NCBI GenBank assembly: GCA_963813715.1 | Contig: CAWFAK010000003.1 | Location: 26,191-90,190, forward strand | From: an uncultured Planctomycetaceae bacterium | GTDB lineage: Bacteria; Planctomycetota; Planctomycetia; Planctomycetales; Planctomycetaceae | Reading direction: 5' to 3' | Length of the DNA stretch: 64,000 nucleotides | Part shown: one piece after another, positions 43,953 through 54,000 of the stretch | Layout: each line of letters begins with the position of its first letter | Numbering within the stretch: position 1 is the stretch's first letter | Translations under genes and position numbers: made by a program | Notes under the pieces: model-generated | Told to the model about the DNA's origin: nothing | The model's input: the letters and a program-made list of their open reading frames with translations, nothing else | Databases searched by the model: none

Positions 43953-45850
43953 TCAGCCAACGAGTCCCGTCCCGATGTCGGCTGTCCCGGTTCGTGTCCC
44001 GTCCCGATCAGGCTCAACTTCTGATCCCGTGTCCCGTCCCGACTTTTCCTCGACCGACCCCGGTCCGGCCGCGGGATCCATTGCGGACGCGGTTCGATCG
44101 ACAAAGTGTCCCGTCCCGACGCCGTGTCCCATGTCCCGCGCCAATTCCGGGACGGTGGGTGGCACTGGCGGCTTGTCCGCCAGTGGGTTTTGGTCCGTCG
44201 CCGGCAGAGCACTCGCCAACGAGGCGGCGGTGCCACCCGATATGGCCAACTGGGTCGAAAGTCCCTCAGCCGCGGCGAGACGCGTCCCAGCATGCTGGAC
44301 GCCGGCCGCACCGGGTGCAGGGGCATTGCCCCTGCCGCCATGAACAAAGTGTCCCGTCCCGATGTCGTACACTTTTTGATCGGGCTGCTGTTTCCGCGAG
44401 CGGATGGCCTCGGCCGACAGGTCGAACGCCTGCACCCGGCTGTAGGTCACGATGGGCCGGCGGCGGTCGATGATCCCGTCCTCCGTCCGCACGACGACCC
44501 CCTTCTCGATCAGCCTATCGAGCAGGCGGTTGATCCGATCGCCGCTCATGCCGAGCGTATCGCGGATGAAGCGGGCCGTGCGTCCGTCGGGGTAGGCGGC
44601 CAACAGCTCGAGCGTCCGCTGACACTGCCGTTCGAACGCCAGCGCCCGGCGGCGGAGGTTGCGATCTTCGCGGTCGGCGACAAACTGTTTGTCCGCCTGG
44701 AGCTCTGGGGAACTCGCCGGACGAACGGCCGTCTTCCACCGCCGGCTTCCCGCGAGTGTTGGGCCGCTGCCGTGCTCGACCGTCTGTTCGTCGACGTCGA
44801 GTTCCCACAGCCCCTGCTCGCCGGCCCGGCTGCCCGTGGTGAGCCACAATTCGTGGTGACCCGTCCCGCCGTGTCGCGTCCCGTTTGTCCCGTCCCGATC
44901 TCGAACGGCCGCCGTCGCGAGACCAGCAGCCATTGGGCCGAGAACTCCGCCAAGCCGCTGCCGGCAAGGTCGTCGAGCATGGCCGGGTCGCCCACCTGGC
45001 GGGGCCGCCCGCAATGATGCACGACGAGCATCGCGCAGCCGGTCGACTCGCACAGCTCGACCAACGGCCGCAGCAGTTGCCCCAGCTCGAACAGGCTTTT
45101 CGACCCCTTTCCCGCACTTCCGTTCCGAGCTCTCCGCCGGCCGCCGCGCCCGCCTCCGAGTGCCAGGAAGCCGGGGTCGATCACCACGCAGATCGGCTTT
45201 TCTCTCTCGACCAGCTCGGTGAAGGCCATCACGTCGAACGGGTCGCTCAGATTGGGAACGTCGGGCGAGCAGACGAAGTTATCCAGGGCGTCCAGCGACA
45301 GCCCCCGCTCGGCACAAATCCGCCCGGCCAGCGACTTGAGCGCCGGCAGGCCCGCCTCGCCGGACAGAAACAGCACGCGGCCCGTCTGCGTCACCGGGAA
45401 GCGGCCTAAAAACGGCGTGCCGCTGGCCAGCGAGATTAAGAGGTCAGCCGCCAGCGACGTCTTCAGCGTCTTGAAGGCCCCAAAGATTCCCCCCAGCTGA
45501 CCGGCCGCCAACACGCCGGGGATCAGATAGCGGGTTTCATGCTGGGCGGAGTTGTGTTGGTGCCCGTGCCGAGTTGCGGACCGGTGAAGAGCCGAAATTT
45601 CTTCCCCAGCGTCTCGTCGATCGCCCCGAAGATGGGCCAGTCGGAGCTCCGGATTATAGTTTTCCGCCGTGGCCCCCTCGGGAATGACCCGTTTCGGCAA
45701 GCGGGCCAACTCCTCCTCGCCGATCCCGCCCCGCCGCAGAAAGTCCGTCACCCGGCGATCTTGCGCCTCGACGGCCTCCACAAAGTTCGAGTAAACCCGC
45801 CCGCCGACCAACCACGTTTTCTGCCCGTTGCCATTCTGTCCATTCTGCAT
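43953..45850 (-). CDS. AAA_25 / RepA-like (RecA-fold) helicase with a C-terminal wHTH (frame break ~44870)
   Basis: YLIPGVL, GGIFGAFKTLKTS (Walker A variant), VLFLSGE, VVIDP, LVVHH, DLAGSG..EFSAQWLLVSRR; wHTH-like ARFIRDTLGMSGDRINRLLDRLIEKG. Confidence 0.8.
43964..44898 (+). repeat. Dispersed same-strand 14-bp repeat GTGTCCCGTCCCGA
   Basis: Exact copies at 43994, 44029, 44106, 44349; variants at 43964, 44124, 44856, 44871, 44885. Confidence 0.9.
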
Positions 45851-45990
45851 CGCGAGAGCCTCGATCCGAGCCAAGTAAAATGAAGGAACCACCCCTCATT
45901 TTCCCGGATCGGGGCCGCGGCGAAGAAGACCGAGTTTCTAGGAGCGTAGAAACAAGTTGGAAAGTTTTTCGGGGGCCTGAGTGCCTCCTG

Positions 45991-46125
45991 CGGGTGCCAC
46001 GGCTGAGACGCTTCGGCTCAGCCGTGCTCTTATCGGTTGCTCTCGACGAATGGCGGTGCAGCCGAAAATGGCCGGGTAACCGTTCCGGGAAGAGCACGGC
46101 TGAGCAAGCTCAGCCATGGCACCCG
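45991..46125. repeat. REPIN-like element (two inverted REP-1 hairpins), left of the RAYT
   Basis: CGGGTGCCACGGCTGAG..CTCAGCCGTGCTCTT, spacer, then AAGAGCACGGCTGAGCAAGCTCAGCCATGGCACCCG. Confidence 0.9.
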
Positions 46126-46165
46126 TTTGGCTGCAATCAACGGCCGCCTCGGCTATTTTTGGAGC

Positions 46166-46991
46166 ATGGCGACGCCGAGTCGGAAACGCATCAAACACTT
46201 TGAGCAAGAACGGCACGTTCACGAGCTGACATTTTCTTGTGCGGAAAGACGTCCTCTTCTTTTCAAATGACACGTGGCGAAGCTGGTTTTGCGAGGGGCT
46301 GGAGGCCGCATGCGACCGTAACGCGTTCTTGCTATTGGCCTACGTTTTGATGCCCAATCATGTGCATTTGCTCGTTTATCCTGCCGCAAGCGAGGCCCGA
46401 GTCGCGAAACTTCTCGCCGACACCAAACGCTCGTTCTCTCGCCGTATCAAGAGACACCTGACGGAGACTCAAAGCTCGGCTCTTCGACGCCTAACCGTCC
46501 ACGAGCAATCCGGAGCGTCGATGTTTCACTTCTGGCAAGCCGGTCCTGGCTACGACCGTAACCTCACGGAGCCGAAGGCCGTTGCGGCGGCCATCGCCTA
46601 TCTCCATGCCAATCCGGTGCGTCGTGGCCTGTGCGAACGTGCAATCGACTGGCCCTGGTCTAGTGCCCGCCGGCTGCTGAGCGATGGCCCACTGGACGGA
46701 TCTCCCCGCCTGAGCCGATTTGATGAGAGCTTGCTCACAATCGAAACCGGCGTCGAGCACAAGGCACGACATCGATCCGGGGTGCCACGGCTGAGACGCT
46801 TTCAACGAATGGCTGTGCAGAAAAAAAATGGCCGCGTAGTCGTTCTGGGGAGAGCACGGCTGAGCAAGCTCAGCCGTGGCACCCGGCGCCCGCCTTGCGG
46901 GTTGGTCACACCCGACATCGAATTCAGAGGCCTCCGGTGTGTACGGAAACGGTCACTTGACGGACCTCTCCAAGGCCACGCGGAAGCCTAG
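46166..46991 (+). mobile_element. REP-associated tyrosine transposase (RAYT / TnpA-REP, Y1 HUH); indel ~46260; frame runs on through the right REPIN
   Basis: HELTFSC, AYVLMPNHVHLL (HUH), FWQAGPGYDRN, AYLHANPVRRGL..WPWSS; flanked by REPINs. Confidence 0.9.
46780..46885. repeat. REPIN-like element, right of the RAYT (internally deleted direct copy of the left one)
   Basis: GGGTGCCACGGCTGAGACGCT...CGAATGGCTGTGCAG..AAAATGGCC...GAGCACGGCTGAGCAAGCTCAGCCGTGGCACCCG. Confidence 0.9.
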
Positions 46992-47870
46992 GTTGAAGAG
47001 CCGGAAGCCTGGCGTGCGCTTGCCGCGTGCCGCCGACCGACAGAAGCCGGCGTCGCTGAACCAGTTACCGCCCCGGAATACTCGGGCCGCGCCGCCTGGG
47101 CCTGCTCTTCGACGCCGGCGATGCCGGGAGATCCGTTGCTTGTCCTCCTTTGACGAGGGGATCTGTGCCGCCCGGAAGTTTGTCGGCGTACCAGTCGCGA
47201 CACCATTCCATCACGTTTCCGTGCATGTCGTGCAGACCGAATCCGTTCGGCTTCTTCTGACCGACTGGATGCGCATATTCCTCCCCCGTGTCCTTGGAGT
47301 TCTTTTCAAACCACGCATACTCCGGCAGATTCGACTCGGCGTCGCCAAAACTGTAACGCGTCGTCGTGCCGGCCCGGCAGGCGTACTCCCACTGCGCCTC
47401 CGTGGGGAGCGTAAGTCCCAGCCGGAGGGGAGCCGACCGGCGTTGTGTTCCTGTTCGCTCAACTTCCGGCAGAAACCAATCGCGTCGGCCCAGCTCACGT
47501 AGGTTGCCGGATAATTGTCGCCTTCTTTCACGTAGTCCTCGCCGTTCCACGGAGCCGATTGCATCACTCGCCGCCACTCCGACTGCGTGACTTCGTGCTG
47601 TCCAAGCCAGAAGCCCTGCGTCAGCGTCACATGGACTTGGGTTTCATCGTCGAAGTGACGCTTTTCCTCCTTCGGGCTGCCCATCGCAAACTCTCCCGGC
47701 GGGCACCAGACCAACTTCATCTTCAGGCCATTGTCGTCCCGAACCTGACCAGCTTTGGTGCCATCAAAGGATGGCGGCGGCGGCGGATCATCGGCCATCG
47801 CCGTCACCGCGCAAAGCACGGCAGCGCAGGCGACCAGTCCCACATTTCGCAAGAACGCTGAGCCTTGCAT
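46953..47870 (-). CDS. Secreted formylglycine-generating-enzyme (SUMF1/FGE-sulfatase) domain protein (indels)
   Basis: [50 protein letters not shown]...LGFRVAL*. Confidence 0.9.
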
Positions 47871-47904
47871 CGCCCTTCCCTTTTGAATGAATTCACGCGG
47901 GACT

Positions 47905-48316
47905 TCAACGGGAACTGCTGGGGTCACTGTAATTCACCACCTTGCCTGTCTGGGCGCTGACAACGACGAGGCGTTCGGCGACAGGGCGTCGCGGCCCGCG
48001 TCTCACGGTGACGTCCCAAGTCGGTCCCTCATCGAATTCGACATTCGCCCAACCGGGGTCGCTGGACCAACCTTCCCGTTTTTTGACTTCCTCGATGGCT
48101 ATTGCCACAGCCTTGTCCGCCCCAAACTGGATGCGGAAGGCTTCGCCTCCATCTCGTGGCGCGAATGGCCCCGTTGCGTAAACTGAATTCTTAGGAGCAT
48201 CGGTGTTCGGGGAATTGAACACACGCGACAAGACCGCAAATGCGAACAGCCGCCCCCATGACGAGCCAAAATGCGAGCCAACTCGACGCTTTGGATTTGT
48301 CCGGTTCGTCGCTCAT
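47905..48316 (-). CDS. Small membrane-anchored protein with a PepSY-like C-terminus (probable indel)
   Basis: MSDEPDK...TM, then AVAIAIEEV...WDVTV...VVVSAQTGKVV. Confidence 0.45.
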
Positions 48317-48598
48317 GCCGTCACGCTTCGTTGAGTAAGCGCTCCTCGCAGAGCGTCTCCAAGAACTTGCGGCAACGCCGACAATGTAGCCGACTAGAAT
48401 TCCCGTCGCGGTGCCCGGGTGACAGACTCCAGGTCCCCCAACGATCGCGCCAATAATTCCGCCGGCAACCGCTCCGGCAGGTAAATACCAGAACCGCTTT
48501 TTCATTTCTCGGGCAATCGCGACGACCAACCACACGAACTCGACTGCCAGAAGCAAAGTCATGCCGACCGGAATCCAGTAGAAGGTCTCGTTGCTCAT
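48191..48598 (-). CDS. Small glycine-zipper membrane protein (3' end uncertain)
   Basis: Three hydrophobic segments; GAVAGGIIGAIVGG. Confidence 0.5.
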   Translation of the reverse strand: MSNETFYWIPVGMTLLLAVEFVWLVVAIAREMKKRFWYLPAGAVAGGIIGAIVGGPGVCHPGTATGILVGYIVGVAASSWRRSARSAYSTKRDGMSDEPDKSKASSWLAFWLVMGAAVRICGLVACVQFPEHRCS

Positions 48599-48700
48599 GT
48601 CGTCATTCTAGCGACGGCGTTGGAAGATTGTTTGTGCGGAGGTGCCATGGCGCGGAAGGTCGGAAAGCGTCGTCCGTTTTCGACGCAAAGTCCGCCGGAA

Positions 48701-48792
48701 GAGTGTCGCCCCCGTTGGGGGCTTCGGATCACTCGCCGAATCCCACCGGTTGACACCGGTGGCAAGAGGAGTGACGCCCCCATTCGGGGGCT
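48701..48792 (+). repeat. REP family 2, copy A (three-hairpin ~92-bp unit)
   Basis: GAGTGTCGCCCCCGTTGGGGGC..CCACCGGTTGACACCGGTGGCAAGAGG..CGCCCCCATTCGGGGGCT. Confidence 0.9.
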
Positions 48793-48972
48793 TAATTCGC
48801 GCTCTGTCTCGCGCGAGCACGCAGGAAGGCCGCGCTCTCTTGGCGAAGCCGCATGATTCGGAGGTCGAACTGTGCAGCGACGAATTTCGTAACGCCGAAC
48901 GAGCCCGCGCGGCGAGCGACGGCGCGCCATTTCTCTCGAATCGCCATTTTGGCCGTTTGAAGGGCAGATCGC

Positions 48973-49068
48973 AGCCCCCGAATGGGGGCGACCCTCCTCT
49001 TGCCACCGGTGTCAACCGGTGGAATGGTCGTCGCGCTGATCTGCAAGCCCCCAGCGGGGGCGACACTC
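48973..49068 (-). repeat. REP family 2, copy B (inverted)
   Basis: Reverse complement of copies A and C, ending 16 bp before tnpA. Confidence 0.9.
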
Positions 49069-49084
49069 TTCAACCGGAGCGACT

Positions 49085-49534
49085 ATGCCGGGTGCCTACT
49101 GCAACCTGCTCTATCATCTCGTATTCAGCACGAAGGAACGGCGACCATTCATTGCGCCGGCGATCAAGCCGCGTCTGCAGGAATACGTTCGAGGCATTCT
49201 CAAAAGGGAAGAGGGAGAATTGCTTGAATTCGACGGCGTCGCCGATCATGTGCACTTGCTCGTGCGGCTGCATCCCGCGTTCGCGGTCGCCGACGCACTG
49301 CGAACAATCAAAGCCAACTCCTCCAAATGGATAAATGAAACGGCACGCCGCGGACCGAAATTCGCCTGGCAGGAGAGTTATGCCGCCTTCACCGTGAGCC
49401 AATCACAGGTGCCAAGGCTGCTGACATACATCCGTGGCCAAGAGACTCACCACCGACGTGTCGATTTCCGTAGCGAACTGATGGCCCTCTTGCGTCGCAA
49501 CCGGATTGCGTTCGAGGAGCGGTACCTGTTGTGA
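49085..49534 (+). mobile_element. tnpA: IS200/IS605-type TnpA (Y1 HUH transposase), REP-associated; no tnpB
   Basis: YHLVFSTKER, DHVHLL, IKANSSKW, FAWQESYAAFTVS, YIRGQETHH. Confidence 0.93.
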
Positions 49535-49606
49535 GCGTCATCGATGAACCGGCACCGAGTGTCGGCGGAGTACGCGCGGGTCGCTCCAGCGAGTTGAAAT
49601 CGATCG

Positions 49607-49705
49607 GAGTGTCGCCCCCGCTGGGGGCTTTCGGATCATGCGCGAGCCGGATCCCACCGGTTGACACCGGTGGCAAGAGGAATGACGCCCCCATTCGGGG
49701 GCTGC
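49607..49705 (+). repeat. REP family 2, copy C
   Basis: Near-identical to copy A; inverted relative to copy B across tnpA. Confidence 0.9.
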
Positions 49706-49811
49706 AATTCCCTGCGCTCTATTCGACATCGCGCACCGTTCCGATTCGACAGCGACAAAGATGGTGTGCCGGCGCTCGCAGGGCGAGCTTGTCACCTCCG
49801 ACATCAACACA

Positions 49812-50625
49812 TCAACCAGCGATTCCCAGGATTGCGGCCAGGCGATTGTCATGCGGATACGGGTGGCCGGTGTGTTGGCGGAAGGCTTCGCCGTATTTCA
49901 CGCCGATTTCTTTGCCGCGGGCGGCGGACCAGCGTTCGCCGTTTTGCATGTATTCGTCGATGCCGTGTTGCTTGCGGAGCCAGTTGCGCTGGCTTTCGTG
50001 GCAGGCGAGCATTTTTTGTTTTGTCTCGAACGTCGACGTCACGTCGATGATGAAGTCGGGTTTCACCGGGCGGCCGAACGTGTCGGCTCCTTCGATCGAG
50101 TCGACGTAATACAAATGCGGGATGCCGCTGAGCGGCGGGGCCGGCGACCATTGGCGGGTCGAGTAGTTGGGGACCGAGGCGGAGAAGCAGGCTTCGCGGA
50201 CGAGCACGCTCGTCAGCTCGTGGTCGGTCATGTAGTCGACGGGCGGAGCCGTCAGCACGATGTCGGGCCGGGCCCGGCGGAGGCATTCGCAGACCTTGCC
50301 GCGGCTGGCGTTGTCGATGGTGATCGACAGGTCGCGAAATTCGAGGCAGACGTACTCGGCCCCGAGCAATCGCGGCTGACGCGCGGGCCTCGCCCCGGCG
50401 GATCTCGGCGATTTCCTCGGCCGAGTGCTCGGCGCTGCCGCAGTCGCCGGGGGTCATCGTGGCGATGGTGATCGCGCAGCCCTTTTGGGCCAACAGGGCC
50501 AGCGTGCCGGCGCATTGAAATTCGACGTCGTCCGGATGGGCGTGAATTGCCAGGATTCGCGGGGGAGAGACGCCGCCCGAGGGAGACGTGGAGGAAGACT
50601 TGCTCGAGGCATCGCCGCCTGCCAT
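49812..50625 (-). CDS. PIG-L/LmbE family N-acetyl-sugar deacetylase (indel)
   Basis: [33 protein letters not shown]. Confidence 0.9.
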
Positions 50626-50721
50626 TGAATTCGCTCTCAGTCTCGATGTCTAATTAAGCTTGGACGCCACGATTTTTCAGCCGTCGGATCGCATTATATA
50701 GACAGGAATTCCGTCTCCAAC

Positions 50722-52639
50722 ATGGCCATCGATCTTGCTCCACGCACCGCCGACAAAGCCCAACCCCAACCCGCTCCGGCTCAGGCCCTCCGCCAGACCA
50801 AAGTCCCCACGCTGATTTTCGGCAACGCCCGCGAGGTCGATCGGCACGTGGCCCTCGTCGTCGAGAGCTTGATCCGCGAGAACAACTCGGCGGGCCTGAA
50901 GACCGTGCTGGGGCTGCCGACCGGTTCGACGCCGATCGGCGTCTATCGCGAGCTGATTCGGCTGCATCGGGAGGAGTCGCTCGATTTCTCGAACGTCGTC
51001 ACGTTCAATCTCGACGAATATTGGCCGATGCCGAAGGATTCGATCCACAGCTACAACCGGTTCATGCGGGAGACCTTCTTCGATCACGTCAATATCCGGC
51101 CCGAAAACATCCACATTCCCGACGGCACGATTCCGCTCCGCGACGTCGACGCGTTCTGCGACGCCTACGAGCACGCGATCGAAAAGGCCGGCGGCATCGA
51201 CTTGCAGATTCTGGGCATCGGCCGCACGGGGCACATCGGCTTCAACGAGCCGGGCAGCCCGCGCGACAGCCGCACGCGGATCGTCACGCTCGATCCGGTG
51301 ACGCGGCAGGACGCGGCGAGCGACTTTTACGGCGAAGAGAACGTGCCCCAGCAGGCGATCACGATGGGCGTCGGGACGATCCTGTCGCCGCGCAAGATCA
51401 TCATCATCGCCCTGGGCGAGCATAAGGCGCCGATCGTCCGCCGGACGCTTGAAGAGCCGCAGAGCGAGGAAGTCACCGCCAGTTTTTTGCAGACGCATCG
51501 CAACGTGACGTTTGCCGTCGACCACGCCAGCGCCGTCGGAGCTGACGGCGATCCGCACGCCGTGGCTCGTGGGGCCGGTGCGTTGGAATTCGGCGATGGA
51601 AAAGCGGGCCGTGATCTGGCTCAGCCGCAAGATCAAGAAGCCGCTGCTCAAGCTGGAGGCGCGGGATTTCGTCTCGAATCACCTGCACGATTTGCTTCGC
51701 GAATGCGGGCCGACCGAGGCCATTCGTCAGCGGGTGTTTGAGGGCCTGCTCAACGGAATTTGCACGAAGCCGAGCGGCACGGAGCGGCAGAAGATCATCG
51801 TCTTCAGCCCGCACCCGGACGACGACGTGATTTCGATGGGGGGCACGCTGGCGACGCTCGCCGACCAGGCGCACGACGTCCACATCGCCTACATGACGAG
51901 CGGCAACATCGCCGTCTTCGACCACGACGCGCTGCGGCACCTCAACTACGTGAGCGAATTTCACAAGCTGTTCGAGCTGCATTCCGAGTCGTCCAACAAT
52001 CTCTGCTGCCGCCTGCGAAACGCCATCGTCAGCAAGCAGCCGGCCGATTTCGACACGGACGAAGTGCTCAACGTCAAAACGCTGATCCGCAAGACGGAAG
52101 CGACGGCGGCCGCCAAGGCGGTCGGCGTGCCCGAGGAAAAGCTCCACTTTTTGGACCTGCCCTTTTATCGCACGGGCAAGGTCTCGAAGCGGCCGATCGG
52201 CGACGACGACGTGGCCATCATCGCCAGCCTGTTACGGGAGATTGCGCCCAGCCAGATTTACGTCGCCGGCGACCTGTCCGACCCGCACGGCACGCACCGC
52301 GTGTGCGCCCAGGCGATTCTGCGGGCCCTCGACGTGATCCGCGGCGAAGGCGTGGCGGGCCCGGAAGTGTGGCTCTATCGCGGCGCCTGGCAGGAGTACG
52401 AGCCGCACGAAATCGAGCGGGCCGTGCCGCTGAGCCCCGAGACCATGCTCCGCAAGAAGCTGGCGATCTTCAAGCACGAGTCGCAGAAGGACAAAGCCCT
52501 CTTCCCCGGCCACGACGAGCGCGAATTCTGGGTGCGAGCCGAAGAGCGGACGCGGAACACGGCCCAGATCTATAACGACCTGGGCCTGCCCGAATACTAC
52601 GCGCTCGAGGGCTTCGCACGGTTCTCGGGTCAGCTGTGA
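50722..52639 (+). CDS. nagB: Glucosamine-6-phosphate deaminase fused to a PIG-L domain (long NagB; indel ~51530)
   Basis: LGLPTGSTP, FNLDEY, LGIGRTGHIGFNEPGS; then FSPHPDDDVISMGG, DPHGTH, LYRGAW, IFKHESQKD. Confidence 0.93.
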
Positions 52640-52744
52640 GTCGCATCCCTGAGCAGCACGCGTGAGCTTGCCGAGGTCGACTTGCGGCGAGACGCGGGAG
52701 TATGCGTCGCGCAGTCACAGTCGCGAGATTCGTTCCGCCCGTCT

Positions 52745-52766
52745 GGGGGGCTCTGCCCCCGCTCGG
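52745..52766 (+). repeat. REP family 3 copy
   Basis: GGGGGGCTCTGCCCCCGCTCGG, similar to GGGGGGCTGACGCCCCCCGCTCGGG at 56660. Confidence 0.6.
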
Positions 52767-52789
52767 TCGTGCAGGCGCGAGTTTCGCTC

Positions 52790-53463
52790 TTACGTCGTGT
52801 ACGAGATCGACAATTCCGCGGAGAGGTTCGGCGGGCCACCGTTGTTGAAGTCCCACGCGTAGGCAGCGCCCTCCCCAAATGCAGGAGGCATCCACGTGAG
52901 CACGACCATCGCGTTGCCAGAGACCCAGCCCCCAACTCCGCCAACGGGCTGGCGGTCAACGACTTCCTGCACGGCGGCAGAAATGTCCGACGAGCTGGTC
53001 CACCCCGAGCTGCCGTAAGTGAAACTGAAGGTGCCGTAGTGAGTCGTCTTCGTCCGTCCGCTCACATCGAATTTGGTTGTTGTAAACGTGGACGGGTTAT
53101 CGGCCGCTTGCAGGTAAACGGAGCACGTGCCCTCCCCGATAGTCGAGGTGGCGTACAAGGTAATCGTAGCCGCCGTGATCGCCGCAGAGTTCGGGATGGT
53201 GACGTCTAAGAACCTAAATCCGCAGGTCCTGGGCCCACCTGCGGTGGGGCCGATAGTCGTGGACGTTAAGTTGGGAAGGCCCGTGGAACCATTTTCATAG
53301 GCATCATCGGATGACGCCTGGATTTGGCCCGTCCACAACATGGTCTGCGCCTGCAATTCCTTGGGAAGTGCAAACTGAGCGACCACGAGCCCAGCGCCAC
53401 CGATGATCCTGGTACGCAGATAATCGGCCGATTCGGTCGATCGAACGACAGCTTCTTCGTCAT
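52790..53463 (-). CDS. Probable Tat-exported beta-rich protein (DNRLRE-like); 1-nt deletion in the signal
   Basis: Restoring one base gives NRRDYL..IIGGAGLVVA..LQA; mature part SSDDAYE, GFRFLDVTIP, ITAATITL, DISAAVQEVVDR, LSISY. Confidence 0.6.
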
Positions 53464-53798
53464 GTTAGACTCCTTCACCTGAATGTGCCAGATGTGGCTA
53501 CGCGGACCCGCGCCGGCCCGATTGAGGCGAGAGCTGAGATGGAAGGAACTTCGCAGCACCGGACGTGTGCGTGCATTTGAGCCCGGTGCCGCTCGGAATG
53601 TCAAAAACTATTCCCGCAACGTATGCAATGTTTTTAGCAATCAGTGCCTGAGTGCAAGTTTGGATATATGTTGCTGACTGCATCCCATTTCGGAGAATCG
53701 GCGCACCGTGGGCCATCGAGGTCGAGCAGACCCACTGCGTAGCTCGCCAGGGGAAAAAAATCGCACTGCATGAGCGGTTCACGACGTCGCAGGCGGAT

Positions 53799-53819
53799 GC
53801 TGACGCCCCCCGCTCGGGA
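53799..53819 (+). repeat. REP family 3 copy (5' arm eroded)
   Basis: GCTGACGCCCCCCGCTCGGGA, identical to 56665-56685. Confidence 0.75.
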
Positions 53820-54000
53820 AGAGTGGGTGCGCCGGTTGGAAACGTCTGCCGGACACGGACTCCTCTTCCCAGAGTTCTCCCAATCGCCTAAAACATCGCA
53901 CGAAGTACGGCCGCTTGCCGCAGGATTTTGTGCGCGGCCGTCTGCGGATTTTCTTTGAGGGGGGCGCTGGTCCCCCATCTCTCAACGGATGGAGAGACCC

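Noticed and set aside
43964..44898. CRISPR array interpretation of the 14-bp repeats
   Set aside because: The repeats are too short, irregularly spaced and inside a CDS, and there are no cas genes in the window.
48750..48755. TTGACA in the REP-2 hairpin loops as a promoter
   Set aside because: No -10-like hexamer at 16-18 bp in any of the three copies.
49534..49812. tnpB/omega-RNA downstream of tnpA
   Set aside because: No RuvC or zinc-finger ORF; only REP-2 copy C and the end of the PIG-L gene.
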